A stretch of 64,000 nt of DNA, from assembly GCA_964016885.1 (NCBI GenBank), contig OZ024764.1, positions 5,456,001 through 5,520,000 of the forward strand, given 5' to 3'. The stretch is from Eledone cirrhosa (lineage: Eukaryota). Made by a program: the position numbers and the translations under genes. The notes under the pieces were generated by a model, which was not told the DNA's origin, made no database searches, and was given only the letters and a program-made list of their open reading frames with translations. Below, one piece after another: positions 39,701 through 53,500 of this stretch; the first letter of the stretch is position 1, and the number at the start of each line of letters is the position of its first letter.

Positions 39701-42700
39701 CCTACTGCTATAGTCTCACATTTAGACCTGGTTCTCTCTAGATATACCTACTGATATAGTCTCACATTTAGACCGGTTTCTCTCTAGATGTACCTACTGC
39801 TATAGTCTCACATTTAGACCTGTTTCTCTCTAGATGTACCTACTGCTATAGTCTTACATTTAGACCTGTTCTTCTCTAGATGTAACTACTGCTATAGTCT
39901 CACATTTAGACCTGTTTCTCTCTAGATATACCTACTGCTATAGTCTCACATTTAGACCCGTTTCTCTCTAGATGTACCTACTGCTATAGTCTCACATTTA
40001 GACCTGTTTCTCTCTAGATATACCTACTGCTGTAGTCTCACATTTAGACCTGTTTCTCTCTAGATATACCTACTGCTATAGTATTACATTTAGACCTGTT
40101 TCTCTCTAGATATACCTACTGCTATAGTCTCACATTTAGACCCGTTTCTCTCTAGATATACCTACTGCTATAGTCTTACATTTAGACCTGTATCTCTCTA
40201 GATATACCTACAGCTATAGTCTCACATTTAGACCTATTTCTCTCGAGATATACCTATTGATATAGTCTTACATTTAGACCTGTATCTCTCTAGATATACC
40301 TACTGCTATAGTCTCACATTTAGACCTGTTTCTCTCTAGATGTACCTACTGATATAGTCTTACATTTAGACCTGTTTCTCTCTAGATGTACCTACTGCTA
40401 TAGTCTTACATTTAGACCTGTTTCTCTCTAGATATACCTACTGCTATAGTCTCACTTTAGACCTGTTTCTCTCTAGATATACCTACTGCTATAGTCTCAC
40501 ATTTAGACTTGTTTCTCTCTAGATGTACCTACCGCTATAGTCTCACATTTAGACCTGTTTCTCTCTAGATATACCTACTGATATAGTCTTACATTTAGAC
40601 CTGTTTCTCTCTAGATATACCTACTGATATAGTCTTACATTTAGACCTGTTTCTCTCTAGATGTACCTACTGCTATAGTCTCACATTTAGACCTGTTTCT
40701 CTCTAGATATACCTACTGCTATAGTCTTACATTTAGACCTGTTTCTCTCTAGATATACCTACAACTATAGTCTCACATTTAGACCTATTTCTATCTAGAT
40801 ATACCTACTGATATAGTCTTACATTTAGACCTGTTTCTCTCTAGATATACCTACTGCAATGGTCTTACATTTAGACCTGTTTCTCTCTAGATATACCTAC
40901 TGCTATAGTCTCACATTTAGACCTATTTCTCTCTAGATATACCTACTGATATAGTCTTACATATAGACCTGCTTCTCTCTAGATATACCTACTGCAATGG
41001 TCTTACATTTAGACCTGTTTCTCTCTAGATATACCTACTGCTATAGTCTCACATTTAGACCTGTTTCTCTCTAGATGTACCTACTGCTATAGTCTCACAT
41101 TTAGACCGGTTTCTCTCTAGATATACCTACTGCTGTAGTCTCACAGTTAGACCTGTTTCTCTCTAGATATACCTACTGCTATAGTCTTACATTTAGACCT
41201 GTTTCTCTCTAGATATACCTACAGCTATAGTCTCACAATTCGACCTGTTTCTCTCTAGATATACCTACTGTAATGGTCTTACATTTAGACCTGTTTCTCA
41301 CTAGATATACCTACTGCTATAGTCTCACATTTAGACCTCTTTCTCTCTAGATATACCTACTGCTGTAGTCTCACATTTAGACCCATTTCTCTCTAGATAT
41401 ACCTACTGCTATAGTCTCACATTTAGACCTCCTTCTCTCTAGATGTACCTACTGCTATAGTCTTACATTTAGACCTGTTCCTCTGAAGATGTACCTACTG
41501 CTATAGTCTCACATTTAGACCTGTTTCTCTCTAGATATACCTACTGCTATAGTCTCACATTTAGACCCGTTTCTCTCTAGATGTACCTACTGCTATAGTC
41601 TCACATTTAGACCTGTTTCTCTCTAGATATACCTACTGCTGTAGTCTCACATTTAGACCTGTTTCTCTCTAGATATACCTACTGCTATAGTCTCACATTT
41701 AGACCTGTTTCTCTCTAGATATACCTACTGCTATAGTATTACATTTAGACCTGTTTCTCTCTAGATATACCTACTGCTATAGTCTCACATTTAGACCTGT
41801 TTCTCTCTAGATATACCTACTGCTATAGTCTCACATTTAGACCTGTTTCTCTCTAGATGTACCTACTGCTATAGTATTACATTTAGACCTGTTTCTCACT
41901 AGATATACCTACTGCTATAGTCTCACATTTAGACCTGTTTCTCTCTAGATATACCTACTGCTATAGTCTTACATTTAGACCTGTATCTCTCTAGATATAC
42001 CTACAGCTATAGTCTCACATTTAGACCTATTTCTCTCGAGATATACCTATTGATATAGTCTTACATTTAGACCTGTATCTCTCTAGATATACCTACTGCT
42101 ATAGTCTCACATTTAGACCTGTTTCTCTCTAGATATACCTACTGCTATAGTCTTACATTTAGACCTGTTTCTCTCTAGATGTACCTACTGCTATAGTCTC
42201 ACATTTAGACCGGTTTCTCTCTAGATATACCTACTGCTGTAGTCTCACAGTTAGACCTGTTTCTCTCTAGATATACCTACTGCTATAGTCTTACATTTAG
42301 ACCTGTTTCTCTCTAGATATACCTACTGTAATGGTCTTACATTTAGACCTGTTTCTCACTAGATATACCTACTGCTATAGTCTCACATTTAGACCTCTTT
42401 CTCTCTAGATATACCTACTGCTGTAGTCTCACATTTAGACCCGTTTCTCTCTAGATATACCTACTGCTATAGTCTCACATTTAGACCCGTTTCTCTCTAG
42501 ATATACCTACTGCTATAGTCTTACATTTAGACCTGCTTCTTTCTAGATATACCTACTGCTATAGTCTCACATTTAGACCTGTCTCTCTCTAGATATACCT
42601 ACTACTATAGTCTCACATTTAGACCTCTTTCTCTCTAGATGTACCTACTGCTATAGTCTTACATTTAGACCTGTTCCTCTCTAGATGTACCTACTGCTAT

Positions 42701-44599
42701 AGTCTCACATTTAGACCTGTTTCTCTCTAGATATACCTACTGCTATAGTCTCACTTTTAGACCCGTTTCTCTCTAGATGTACCTACTGATATAGTCTCAC
42801 ATTTAGACCTGTTTCTCTCTAGATATACCTACTGCTGTAGTCTCACATTTAGACCTGTTTCTCTCTAGATATACCTACTGCTATAGTATTACATTCAGAC
42901 CTGTTTCTCTCTAGATATACCTACTGCTATAGTCTTACATTTAGACCTGTATCTCTCTAGATATACCTACAGCTATAGTCTCACATTTAGACCTATTTCT
43001 CTCGAGATATACCTATTGATATAGTCTTACATTTAGACCTGTATCTCTCTAGATATACCTACTGCTATAGTCTCACATTTAGACCTGTTTCTCTCTAGAT
43101 ATACCTACTGCTATAGTCTTACATTTAGACCTGTTTCTCTCTAGATATACCTACTGCTATAGTCTCACATTTAGACCTGGTTCTCTCTAGATGTACCTAC
43201 TGATATAGTCTCACATTTAGACCTGTTTCTCTCTAGATGTACCTACTGCTATAGTCTTACATTTAGACCTGTTTCTCTCTAGATGTACCTACTGCTATAG
43301 TCTTACATTTAGACCTGTTTCTCTCTAGATGTACCTACTGCTATAGTCTTACATTTAGACCTGTTTCTCTCTAGATGTACCTACTGATATAGTCTCACAT
43401 TTAGACCTGTTTCTCTCTAGATGTACCTACTGCTATAGTCTCACATTTAGACCTGTTTCTCTCTAGATATACCTACTGCTATAGTCTCACATTTAGACCT
43501 GTCTCTCTCTAGATATACCTACTGCTATAGTCTCACATTTAGACCTCTTTCTCTCTAGATATACCTACTGTTATAGTCTTACATTTAGACCTGTTTCTCT
43601 CTAGATATACCTACTGCTGTAGTCTCACATTTAGACCTGTTTCTCTCTAGATATACCTACTGCTATAGTCTCACATTTAGACCTGTTTCTCTCTAGATAT
43701 ACCTACTGCTATAGTCTTACATTTAGACCTGTTTCTCTCTAGATATACCTACAACTATAGTCTCACATTTAGACCTATTTCTATCTAGATATACCTACTG
43801 ATATAGTCTTACATTTAGACCTGTTTCTCTCTAGATATACCTACTGCAATGGTCTTACATTTAGACCTGTTTCTCTCTAGATATACCTACTGCTGTAGTC
43901 TCACATTTAGACCTATTTCTCTCTAGATATACCTACTGCTATAGTATTACATTCAGACCTGTTTCTCTCTAGATATACCTACTGCTATAGTCTTACATTT
44001 AGACCTGTTTCTCTCTAGATGTACCTACTGCTATAGTCTTACATTTAGACCTGTTTCTCTCTAGATATACCTACAACTATAGTCTCACATTTAGACCTAT
44101 TTCTATCTAGATATACCTACTGATATAGTCTTACATTTAGACCTGTTTCTCTCTAGATATACCTACTGCAATGGTCTTACATTTAGACCTGTTTCTCTCT
44201 AGATATACCTACTGCTATAGTCTCACATTTAGACCTGTTTCTCTCTAGATATACCTACTGCTGTAGTCTCACATTTAGACCTGTTTCTCTCTAGATATAC
44301 CTACTGCTATAGTATTACATTTAGACCTGTTTCTCTCTAGATATACCTACTGCTATAGTCTCACATTTAGACCTGTTTCTCTCTAGATATACCTACTGCT
44401 ATAGTCTTACATTTAGACCTGTATCTCTCTAGATATACCTACTGCTATAGTCTCACATTTAGACCTGTTTCTCTCTAGATATACCTACTGCTATAGTCTT
44501 ACATTTAGACCTGTTTCTCTCTAGATATACCTACTGCTATAGTCTCACATTTAGACCTGGTTCTCTCTAGATGTACCTACTGATATAGTCTCACATTTA

Positions 44600-47500
44600 G
44601 ACCTGTTTCTCTCTAGATGTACCTACTGCTATAGTCTCACATTTAGACCTGTTTCTCTCTAGATGTACCTACTGCTATAGTCTTACATTTAGACTTGTTC
44701 CTCTCTAGATGTACCTACTGCTATAGTCTCACATTTAGATCTGCTTCTCTCTAGATATACCTACTGCTATAGTCTCACATTTAGACCCGTTTCTCTCTAG
44801 ATGTACCTACTGCTATAGTCTCACATTTAGACCTGTTTCTCTCTAGATATACCTACTGCTGTAGTCTCACATTTAGACCTGTTTCTCTCTAGATATACCT
44901 ACTGCTATAGTATTACATTTAGACCTGTTTCTCTCTATATATACCTACTGCTATAGTCTCACATTTAGACCTGTTTCTCTATAGATATACCTACTGCTAT
45001 AGTCTTACATTTAGACCTGTATCTCTCTAGATATACCTACAGCTATAGTCTCACATTTAGACCTATTTCTCTCGAGATATACCTATTGATATAGTCTTAC
45101 ATTTAGACCTGTATCTCTCTAGATATCCCTACTGCTATAGTCTCACATTTAGACCTGTTTCTCTCTAGATATACCTACTGCTATAGTCTTACATTTAGAC
45201 CTGTTTCTCTCTAGATATACCTACTGCTATAGTCTGACATTTAGACCTGTATCTCTCTAGATATACCTACAGCTATAGTCTCACATTTAGACCTATTTCT
45301 CTCGAGATATACCTATTGATATAGTCTTACATTTAGACCTGTATCTCTCTAGATATACCTACTGCTATAGTCTCACATTTAGACCTGTTTCTCTCTAGAT
45401 ATACCTACTGCTGTAGTCTCACATTTAGACCTGTTTCTCTCTAGATGTACCTACTGCTATAGTCTCACATTTAGACCTGTTTCTCTCTAGATATACCTAC
45501 TGATATAGTCTTACATTTGGACCTGTTTCTCTCTAGATATACCTACTGCTATAGTCTTACATTTAGACCTGTTTCTCTCTAGATATACCTACAACTATAG
45601 TCTGACATTTAGACCTATTTCTATCTAGATATACCTACTGATATAGTCTTACATTTAGACCTGTTTCTCTCTAGATATACCTACTGCAATGGTCTTACAT
45701 TTAGACCTGTTTCTCTCTAGATATACCTACTGCTATAGTCTCACATTTAGACCTATTTCTCTCTAGATATACCTACTGATATAGTCTTACATTTAGACCT
45801 GCTTCTCTCTAGATATACCTACTGCAATGGTCTTACATTTAGATCTGTTTCTCTCTAGATATACCTACTGCTATAGTCTCACATTTAGACCTGTTTCTCT
45901 CTACATGTACCTACTGCTATAGTCTCACATTTAGACCTGTTTCTCTCTAGATGTACCTACTGCTATAGTCTCACATTTAGACCGGTTTCTCTCTAGATAT
46001 ACCTACTGCTGTAGTCTCACAGTTAGACCTGTTTCTCTCTAGATATACCTACTGCTATAGTCTTACATTTAGACCTGTTTCTCTCTAGATATACCTACTG
46101 TAATGGTCTTACATTTAGACCTGTTTCTCACTAGATATACCTACTGCTATAGTCTCACATTTAGACCTCTTTCTCTCTAGATATACCTACTGCTGTAGTC
46201 TCACATTTCGACCCGTTTCTCTCCAGATATACCTACTGCTATAGTCTCACATTTAGACCGGTTTCTCTCTAGATATACCTACTGCTGTAGTCTTACATTT
46301 AGACCTCTTTCTCTCTAGATGTACCTACTGCTATAGTCTTACATTTAGACCTGTTCCTCTCTAGATATACCTACTGTAATGGTCTTACATTTAGACCTGT
46401 TTGTCACTAGATATACATACTGCTATAGTCTCACATTTAGACCGCTTTCTCTCTAGATATACCTACTGCTGTAGTCTCACATTTAGACCCATTTCTCTCT
46501 AGATATACCTACTGCTATAGTCTCACATTTAGACCTCCTTCTCTCTAGATGTACCTACTGCTATAGTCTTACATTTAGACCTGTTCCTCTCTAGATGTAC
46601 CTACTGCTATAGTCTCACATTTAGACCTGTTTCTCTCTAGATATACCTACTGCTATAGTCTCACATTTAGACCCGTTTCTCTCTAGATGTACCTACTGCT
46701 ATAGTCTCACATTTAGACCTGTTTCTCTCTAGATATACCTACTGCTGTAGTCACACATTTAGACCTGTTTCTCTCTAGATATACCTACTGCTATAGTATT
46801 ACATTTAGACCTGTTTCTCTCTAGATATACCTACTGCTATAGTCTCACATTTAGACCTGTTTCTCTCTAGATATACCTACTGCTATAGTCTTACATTTAG
46901 ACCTGTATCTCTCTAGATATACCTACAGCTATAGTCTCACATTTAGACCTATTTCTCTCGAGATATACCTATTGATATAGTCTTACATTTAGACCTGTAT
47001 CTCTCTAGATATACCTACTGCTATAGTCTCACATTTAGACCTGTTTCTCTCTAGATATACCTACTGCTATAGTCTTACATTTAGACCTGTTTCTCTCTAG
47101 ATGTACCTACTGCTATAGTCTCACATTTAGACCTGGTTCTCTCTAGATGTACCTACTGCTATAGTCTCACATTTAGACCTGTTTCTCTCTAGATGTACCT
47201 ACTGCTATAGTCTTACATTTAGACTTGTTCCTCTCTAGATGTACCTACTGCTATAGTCTCACATTTAGATCTGTTTCTCTCTAGATATACCTACTGCTAT
47301 AGTCTCACATTTAGACCCGTTTCTCTCTAGATGTACCTACTGCTATAGTCTCACATTTAGACCTGTTTCTCTCTAGATATACCTACTGCTGTAGTTTCAC
47401 ATTTAGACCTGTTTCTCTCTAGATATACCTACTGCTATAGTATTACATTTAGACCTGTTTCTCTCTATATATACCTACTGCTATAGTCTCACATTTAGAC

Positions 47501-50500
47501 CTGTTTCTCTGTAGATATACCTACTGCTATAGTCTTACATTTAGACCTGTATCTCTCTAGATATACCTACAGCTATAGTCTCACATTTAGACCTATTTCT
47601 CTCTAGATATACCTACTGCTGTAGTCTTACATTTAGACCTGTTTCTCTCTAGATATACCTACAGCTATAGTCTCACATTTAGACCTATTTCTCTCGAGAT
47701 ATACCTATTGATATAGTCTTACATTTAGACCTGTATCTCTCTAGATATCCCTACTGCTATAGTCTCACATTTAGACCTGTTTCTCTCTAGATATACCTAC
47801 TGCTGTAGTCTCACATTTAGACCTGTTTCTCTCTAGATGCACCTACTGCTATAGTCTTACATTTAGACCTGTTTCTCTCTAGATATACCTACTGCTATAG
47901 TCTCACTTTAGACCTGTTTCTCTCTAGATATACCTACTGATATAGTCTCACATTTAGACCTGTTTCTCTCTAGATGTACCTACCGCTATAGTCTCACATT
48001 TAGACCTGTTTCTCTCTAGATATACCTACTGCTATAGTCTTACATTTAGACCTGTTTCTCTCTAGATATACCTACTGCTATAGTCTGACATTTAGACCTG
48101 TATCTCTCTAGATATACCTACTGCTATAGTCTCACTTTAGACCTGTTTCTCTCTAGATATACCTACTGCTATAGTCTCACATTTAGACCTGTCTCTCTCT
48201 AGATATACCTACTGCTATAGTCTCACATTTAGACCTCTTTCTCTCTAGATATACCTACTGTTATAGTCTTACATTTAGACCTGTTTCTCTCTAGATATAC
48301 CTACTGCTGTAGTCTCACATTTAGACCTGTTTCTCTCTAGATATACCTACTGCTATAGTCTCACATTTAGACCTGTTTCTCTCTAGATATACCTACTGCT
48401 ATAGTTTTACATTTAGACCTGTTTCTCTCTAGATATACCTACAACTATAGTCTCACATTTAGACCTATTTCTATCTAGATATACCTACTGATATAGTCTT
48501 ACATTTAGACCTGTTTCTCTCTAGATATACCTACTGCAATGGTCTTACATTTAGACCTGTTTCTCTCTAGATATACCTACTGCTGTAGTCTCACATTTAG
48601 ACCTATTTCTCTCTAGATATACCTACTTCTATAGTATTACATTCAGACCTGTTTCTCTCTAGATATACCTACTGCTATAGTCTTACATTTAGACCTGTAT
48701 CTCTCTAGATATACCTACAGCTATAGTCTCACATTTAGACCTATTTCTCTCGAGATATACCTATTGATATAGTCTTACATTTAGACCTGTATCTCTCTAG
48801 ATATACCTACTGCTATAGTCTCACATTTAGACCTGTTTCACTCTAGATATACCTACTGCTATAGTCTTACATTTAGACCTGTTTCTCTCTAGATATACCT
48901 ACTGCTATAGTCTCACATTTAGACCTGGTTCTCTCTAGATGTACCTACTGATATAGTCTCACATTTAGACCTGTTTCTCTCTAGATGTACCTACTGCTAT
49001 AGTCTTACATTTAGACCTGTTTCTCTCTAGATGTACCTACTGCTATAGTCTTACATTTAGACCTGTTTCTCTCTAGATATACCTACAACTATAGTCTCAC
49101 ATTTAGACCTATTTCTATCTAGATATACCTACTGATATAGTCTTACATTTAGACCTGTTTCTCTCTAGATATACCTACTGCAATGGTCTTACATTTAGAC
49201 CTGTTTCTCTCTAGATATACCTACTGCTATAGTCTCACATTTAGACCTGTTTCCCTCTAGATGTACCTACTGCTATAGTCTCACATTTAGACCGGTTTCT
49301 CTCTAGATATACCTACTGCTGTAGTCTCACAGTTAGACCTGTTTCTCTCTAGATATACCTACTGCTATAGTCTTACATTTAGACCTGTTTCTCTCTAGAT
49401 ATACCTACAGCTATAGTCTCACAATTAGACCTGTTTCTCTCTAGATATACCTACTGTAATGGTCTTACATTTAGACCTGTTTCTCACTAGATATACATAC
49501 TGCTATAGTCTCAGATTTAGACCGCTTTCTCTCTAGATATACCTACTGCTGTAGTCTCACATTTAGACCCATTTCTCTCTAGATATACCTACTGCTATAG
49601 TCTCACATTTAGACCTCCTTCTCTCTAGATGTACCTACTGCTATAGTCTTACATTTAGACCTGTTCCTCTCTAGATGTACCTACTGCTATAGTCTCACAT
49701 TTAGACCTGTTTCTCTCTAGATATACCTACTGCTATAGTCTCACATTTAGACCCGTTTCTCTCTAGATGTACCTACTGCTATAGTCTCACATTTAGACCT
49801 GTTTCTCTCTAGATATACCTACTGCTGTAGTCACACATTTAGACCTGTTTCTCTCTAGATATACCTACTGCTATAGTATTACATTTAGACCTGTTTCTCT
49901 CTAGATATACCTACTGCTATAGTCTCACATTTAGACCTGTTTCTCTCTAGATATACCTACTGCTATAGTCTTACATTTAGACCTGTATCTCTCTAGATAT
50001 ACCTACAGCTATAGTCTCACATTTAGACCTATTTCTCTCGAGATATACCTATTGATATAGTCTTACATTTAGACCTGTATCTCTCTAGATATACCTACTG
50101 CTATAGTCTCACATTTAGACCTGTTTCTCTCTAGATATACCTACTGCTATAGTCTTACATTTAGACCTGTTTCTCTCTAGATATACCTACTGCTATAGTC
50201 TCACATTTAGACCTGGTTCTCTCTAGATGTACCTACTGATATAGTCTCACATTTAGACCTGTTTCTCTCTAGATGTACCTACTGCTATAGTCTCACATTT
50301 AGACCTGTTTCTCTCTAGATGTACCTACTGCTATAGTCTTACATTTAGACTTGTTCCTCTCTAGATGTACCTACTGCTATAGTCTCACATTTAGATCTGT
50401 TTCTCTCTAGATATACCTACTGCTATAGTCTCACATTTAGACCCGTTTCTCTCTAGATGTACCTACTGCTATAGTCTCACATTTAGACCTGTTTCTCTCT

Positions 50501-53500
50501 AGATATACCTACTGCTGTAGTCTCACATTTAGACCTGTTTCTCTCTAGATATACCTACTGCTATAGTATTACATTTAGACCTGTTTCTCTCTATATATAC
50601 CTACTGCTATAGTCTCACATTTAGACCTGTTTCTCTATAGATATACCTACTGCTATAGTCTTACATTTAGACCTGTATCTCTCTAGATATACCTACAGCT
50701 ATAGTCTCACATTTAGACCTATTTCTCTCGAGATATACCTATTGATATAGTCTTACATTTAGACCTGTATCTCTCTAGATATCCCTACTGCTATAGTCTC
50801 ACATTTAGACCTGTTTCTCTCTAGATATACCTACTGCTATAGTCTTACATTTAGACCTGTTTCTCTCTAGATATACCTACTGCTATAGTCTGACATTTAG
50901 ACCTGTATCTCTCTAGATATACCTACAGCTATAGTCTCACATTTAGACCTATTTCTCTCGAGATATACCTATTGATATAGTCTTACATTTAGACCTGTAT
51001 CTCTCTAGATATACCTACTGCTATAGTCTCACATTTAGACCTGTTTCTCTCTAGATATACCTACTGCTGTAGTCTCACATTTAGACCTGTTTCTCTCTAG
51101 ATGTACCTACTGCTATAGTCTCACATTTAGACCTGTTTCTCTCTAGATATACCTACTGATATAGTCTTACATTTGGACCTGTTTCTCTCTAGATATACCT
51201 ACTGCTATAGTCTTACATTTAGACCTGTTTCTCTCTAGATATACCTACAACTATAGTCTGACATTTAGACCTATTTCTATCTAGATATACCTACTGATAT
51301 AGTCTTACATTTAGACCTGTTTCTCTCTAGATATACCTACTGCAATGGTCTTACATTTAGACCTGTTTCTCTCTAGATATACCTACTGCTATAGTCTCAC
51401 ATTTAGACCTATTTCTCTCTAGATATACCTACTGATATAGTCTTACATTTAGACCTGCTTCTCTCTAGATATACCTACTGCAATGGTCTTACATTTAGAT
51501 CTGTTTCTCTCTAGATATACCTACTGCTATAGTCTCACATTTAGACCTGTTTCTCTCTACATGTACCTACTGCTATAGTCTCACATTTAGACCTGTTTCT
51601 CTCTAGATGTACCTACTGCTATAGTCTCACATTTAGACCGGTTTCTCTCTAGATATACCTACTGCTGTAGTCTCACAGTTAGACCTGTTTCTCTCTAGAT
51701 ATACCTACTGCTATAGTCTTACATTTAGACCTGTTTCTCTCTAGATATACCTACTGTAATGGTCTTACATTTAGACCTGTTTCTCACTAGATATACCTAC
51801 TGCTATAGTCTCACATTTAGACCTCTTTCTCTCTAGATATACCTACTGCTGTAGTCTCACATTTCGACCCGTTTCTCTCCAGATATACCTACTGCTATAG
51901 TCTCACATTTAGACCCGTTTCTCTCTAGATATACCTACTGCTATAGTCTTACATTTAGACCTCTTTCTCTCTAGATGTACCTACTGCTATAGTCTTACAT
52001 TTAGACCTGTTCCTCTCTAGATGTACCTACTGCTATAGTCTCACATTTAGACCTGTTTCTCTCTAGATATACCTACTGCTATAGTCTCACATTTAGACCT
52101 GTTTCTCTCTAGATGTACCTACTGCTATAGTCTCACATTTAGACCGGTTTCTCTCTAGATATACCTACTGCTGTAGTCTCACAGTTAGACCTGTTTCTCT
52201 CTAGATATACCTACTGCTATAGTCTTACATTTAGACCTGTTTCTCTCTAGATATACCTACAGCTATAGTCTCACAATTAGACCCGTTTCTCTCTAGATAT
52301 ACCTACTGTAATGGTCTTACATTTAGACCTGTTTGTCACTAGATATACATACTGCTATAGTCTCACATTTAGACCGCTTTCTCTCTAGATATACCTACTG
52401 CTGTAGTCTCACATTTAGACCCATTTCTCTCTAGATATACCTACTGCTATAGTCTCACATTTAGACCTCCTTCTCTCTAGATGTACCTACTGCTATAGTC
52501 TTACATTTAGACCTGTTCCTCTCTAGATGTACCTACTGCTATAGTCTCACATTTAGACCTGTTTCTCTCTAGATATACCTACTGCTATAGTCTCACATTT
52601 AGACCCGTTTCTCTCTAGATGTACCTACTGCTATAGTCTCACATTTAGACCTGTTTCTCTCTAGATATACCTACTGCTGTAGTCACACATTTAGACCTGT
52701 TTCTCTCTAGATATACCTACTGCTATAGTATTACATTTAGACCTGTTTCTCTCTAGATATACCTACTGCTATAGTCTCACATTTAGACCTGTTTCTCTCT
52801 AGATATACCTACTGCTATAGTCTTACATTTAGACCTGTATCTCTCTAGATATACCTACAGCTATAGTCTCACATTTAGACCTATTTCTCTCGAGATATAC
52901 CTATTGATATAGTCTTACATTTAGACCTGTATCTCTCTAGATATACCTACTGCTATAGTCTCACATTTAGACCTGTTTCTCTCTAGATATACCTACTGCT
53001 ATAGTCTTACATTTAGACCTGTTTCTCTCTAGATGTACCTACTGCTATAGTCTCACATTTAGACCTGGTTCTCTCTAGATGTACCTACTGCTATAGTCTC
53101 ACATTTAGACCTGTTTCTCTCTAGATGTACCTACTGCTATAGTCTTACATTTAGACTTGTTCCTCTCTAGATGTACCTACTGCTATAGTCTCACATTTAG
53201 ATCTGTTTCTCTCTAGATATACCTACTGCTATAGTCTCACATTTAGACCCGTTTCTCTCTAGATGTACCTACTGCTATAGTCTCACATTTAGACCTGTTT
53301 CTCTCTAGATATACCTACTGCTGTAGTTTCACATTTAGACCTGTTTCTCTCTAGATATACCTACTGCTATAGTATTACATTTAGACCTGTTTCTCTCTAT
53401 ATATACCTACTGCTATAGTCTCACATTTAGACCTGTTTCTCTGTAGATATACCTACTGCTATAGTCTTACATTTAGACCTGTATCTCTCTAGATATACCT

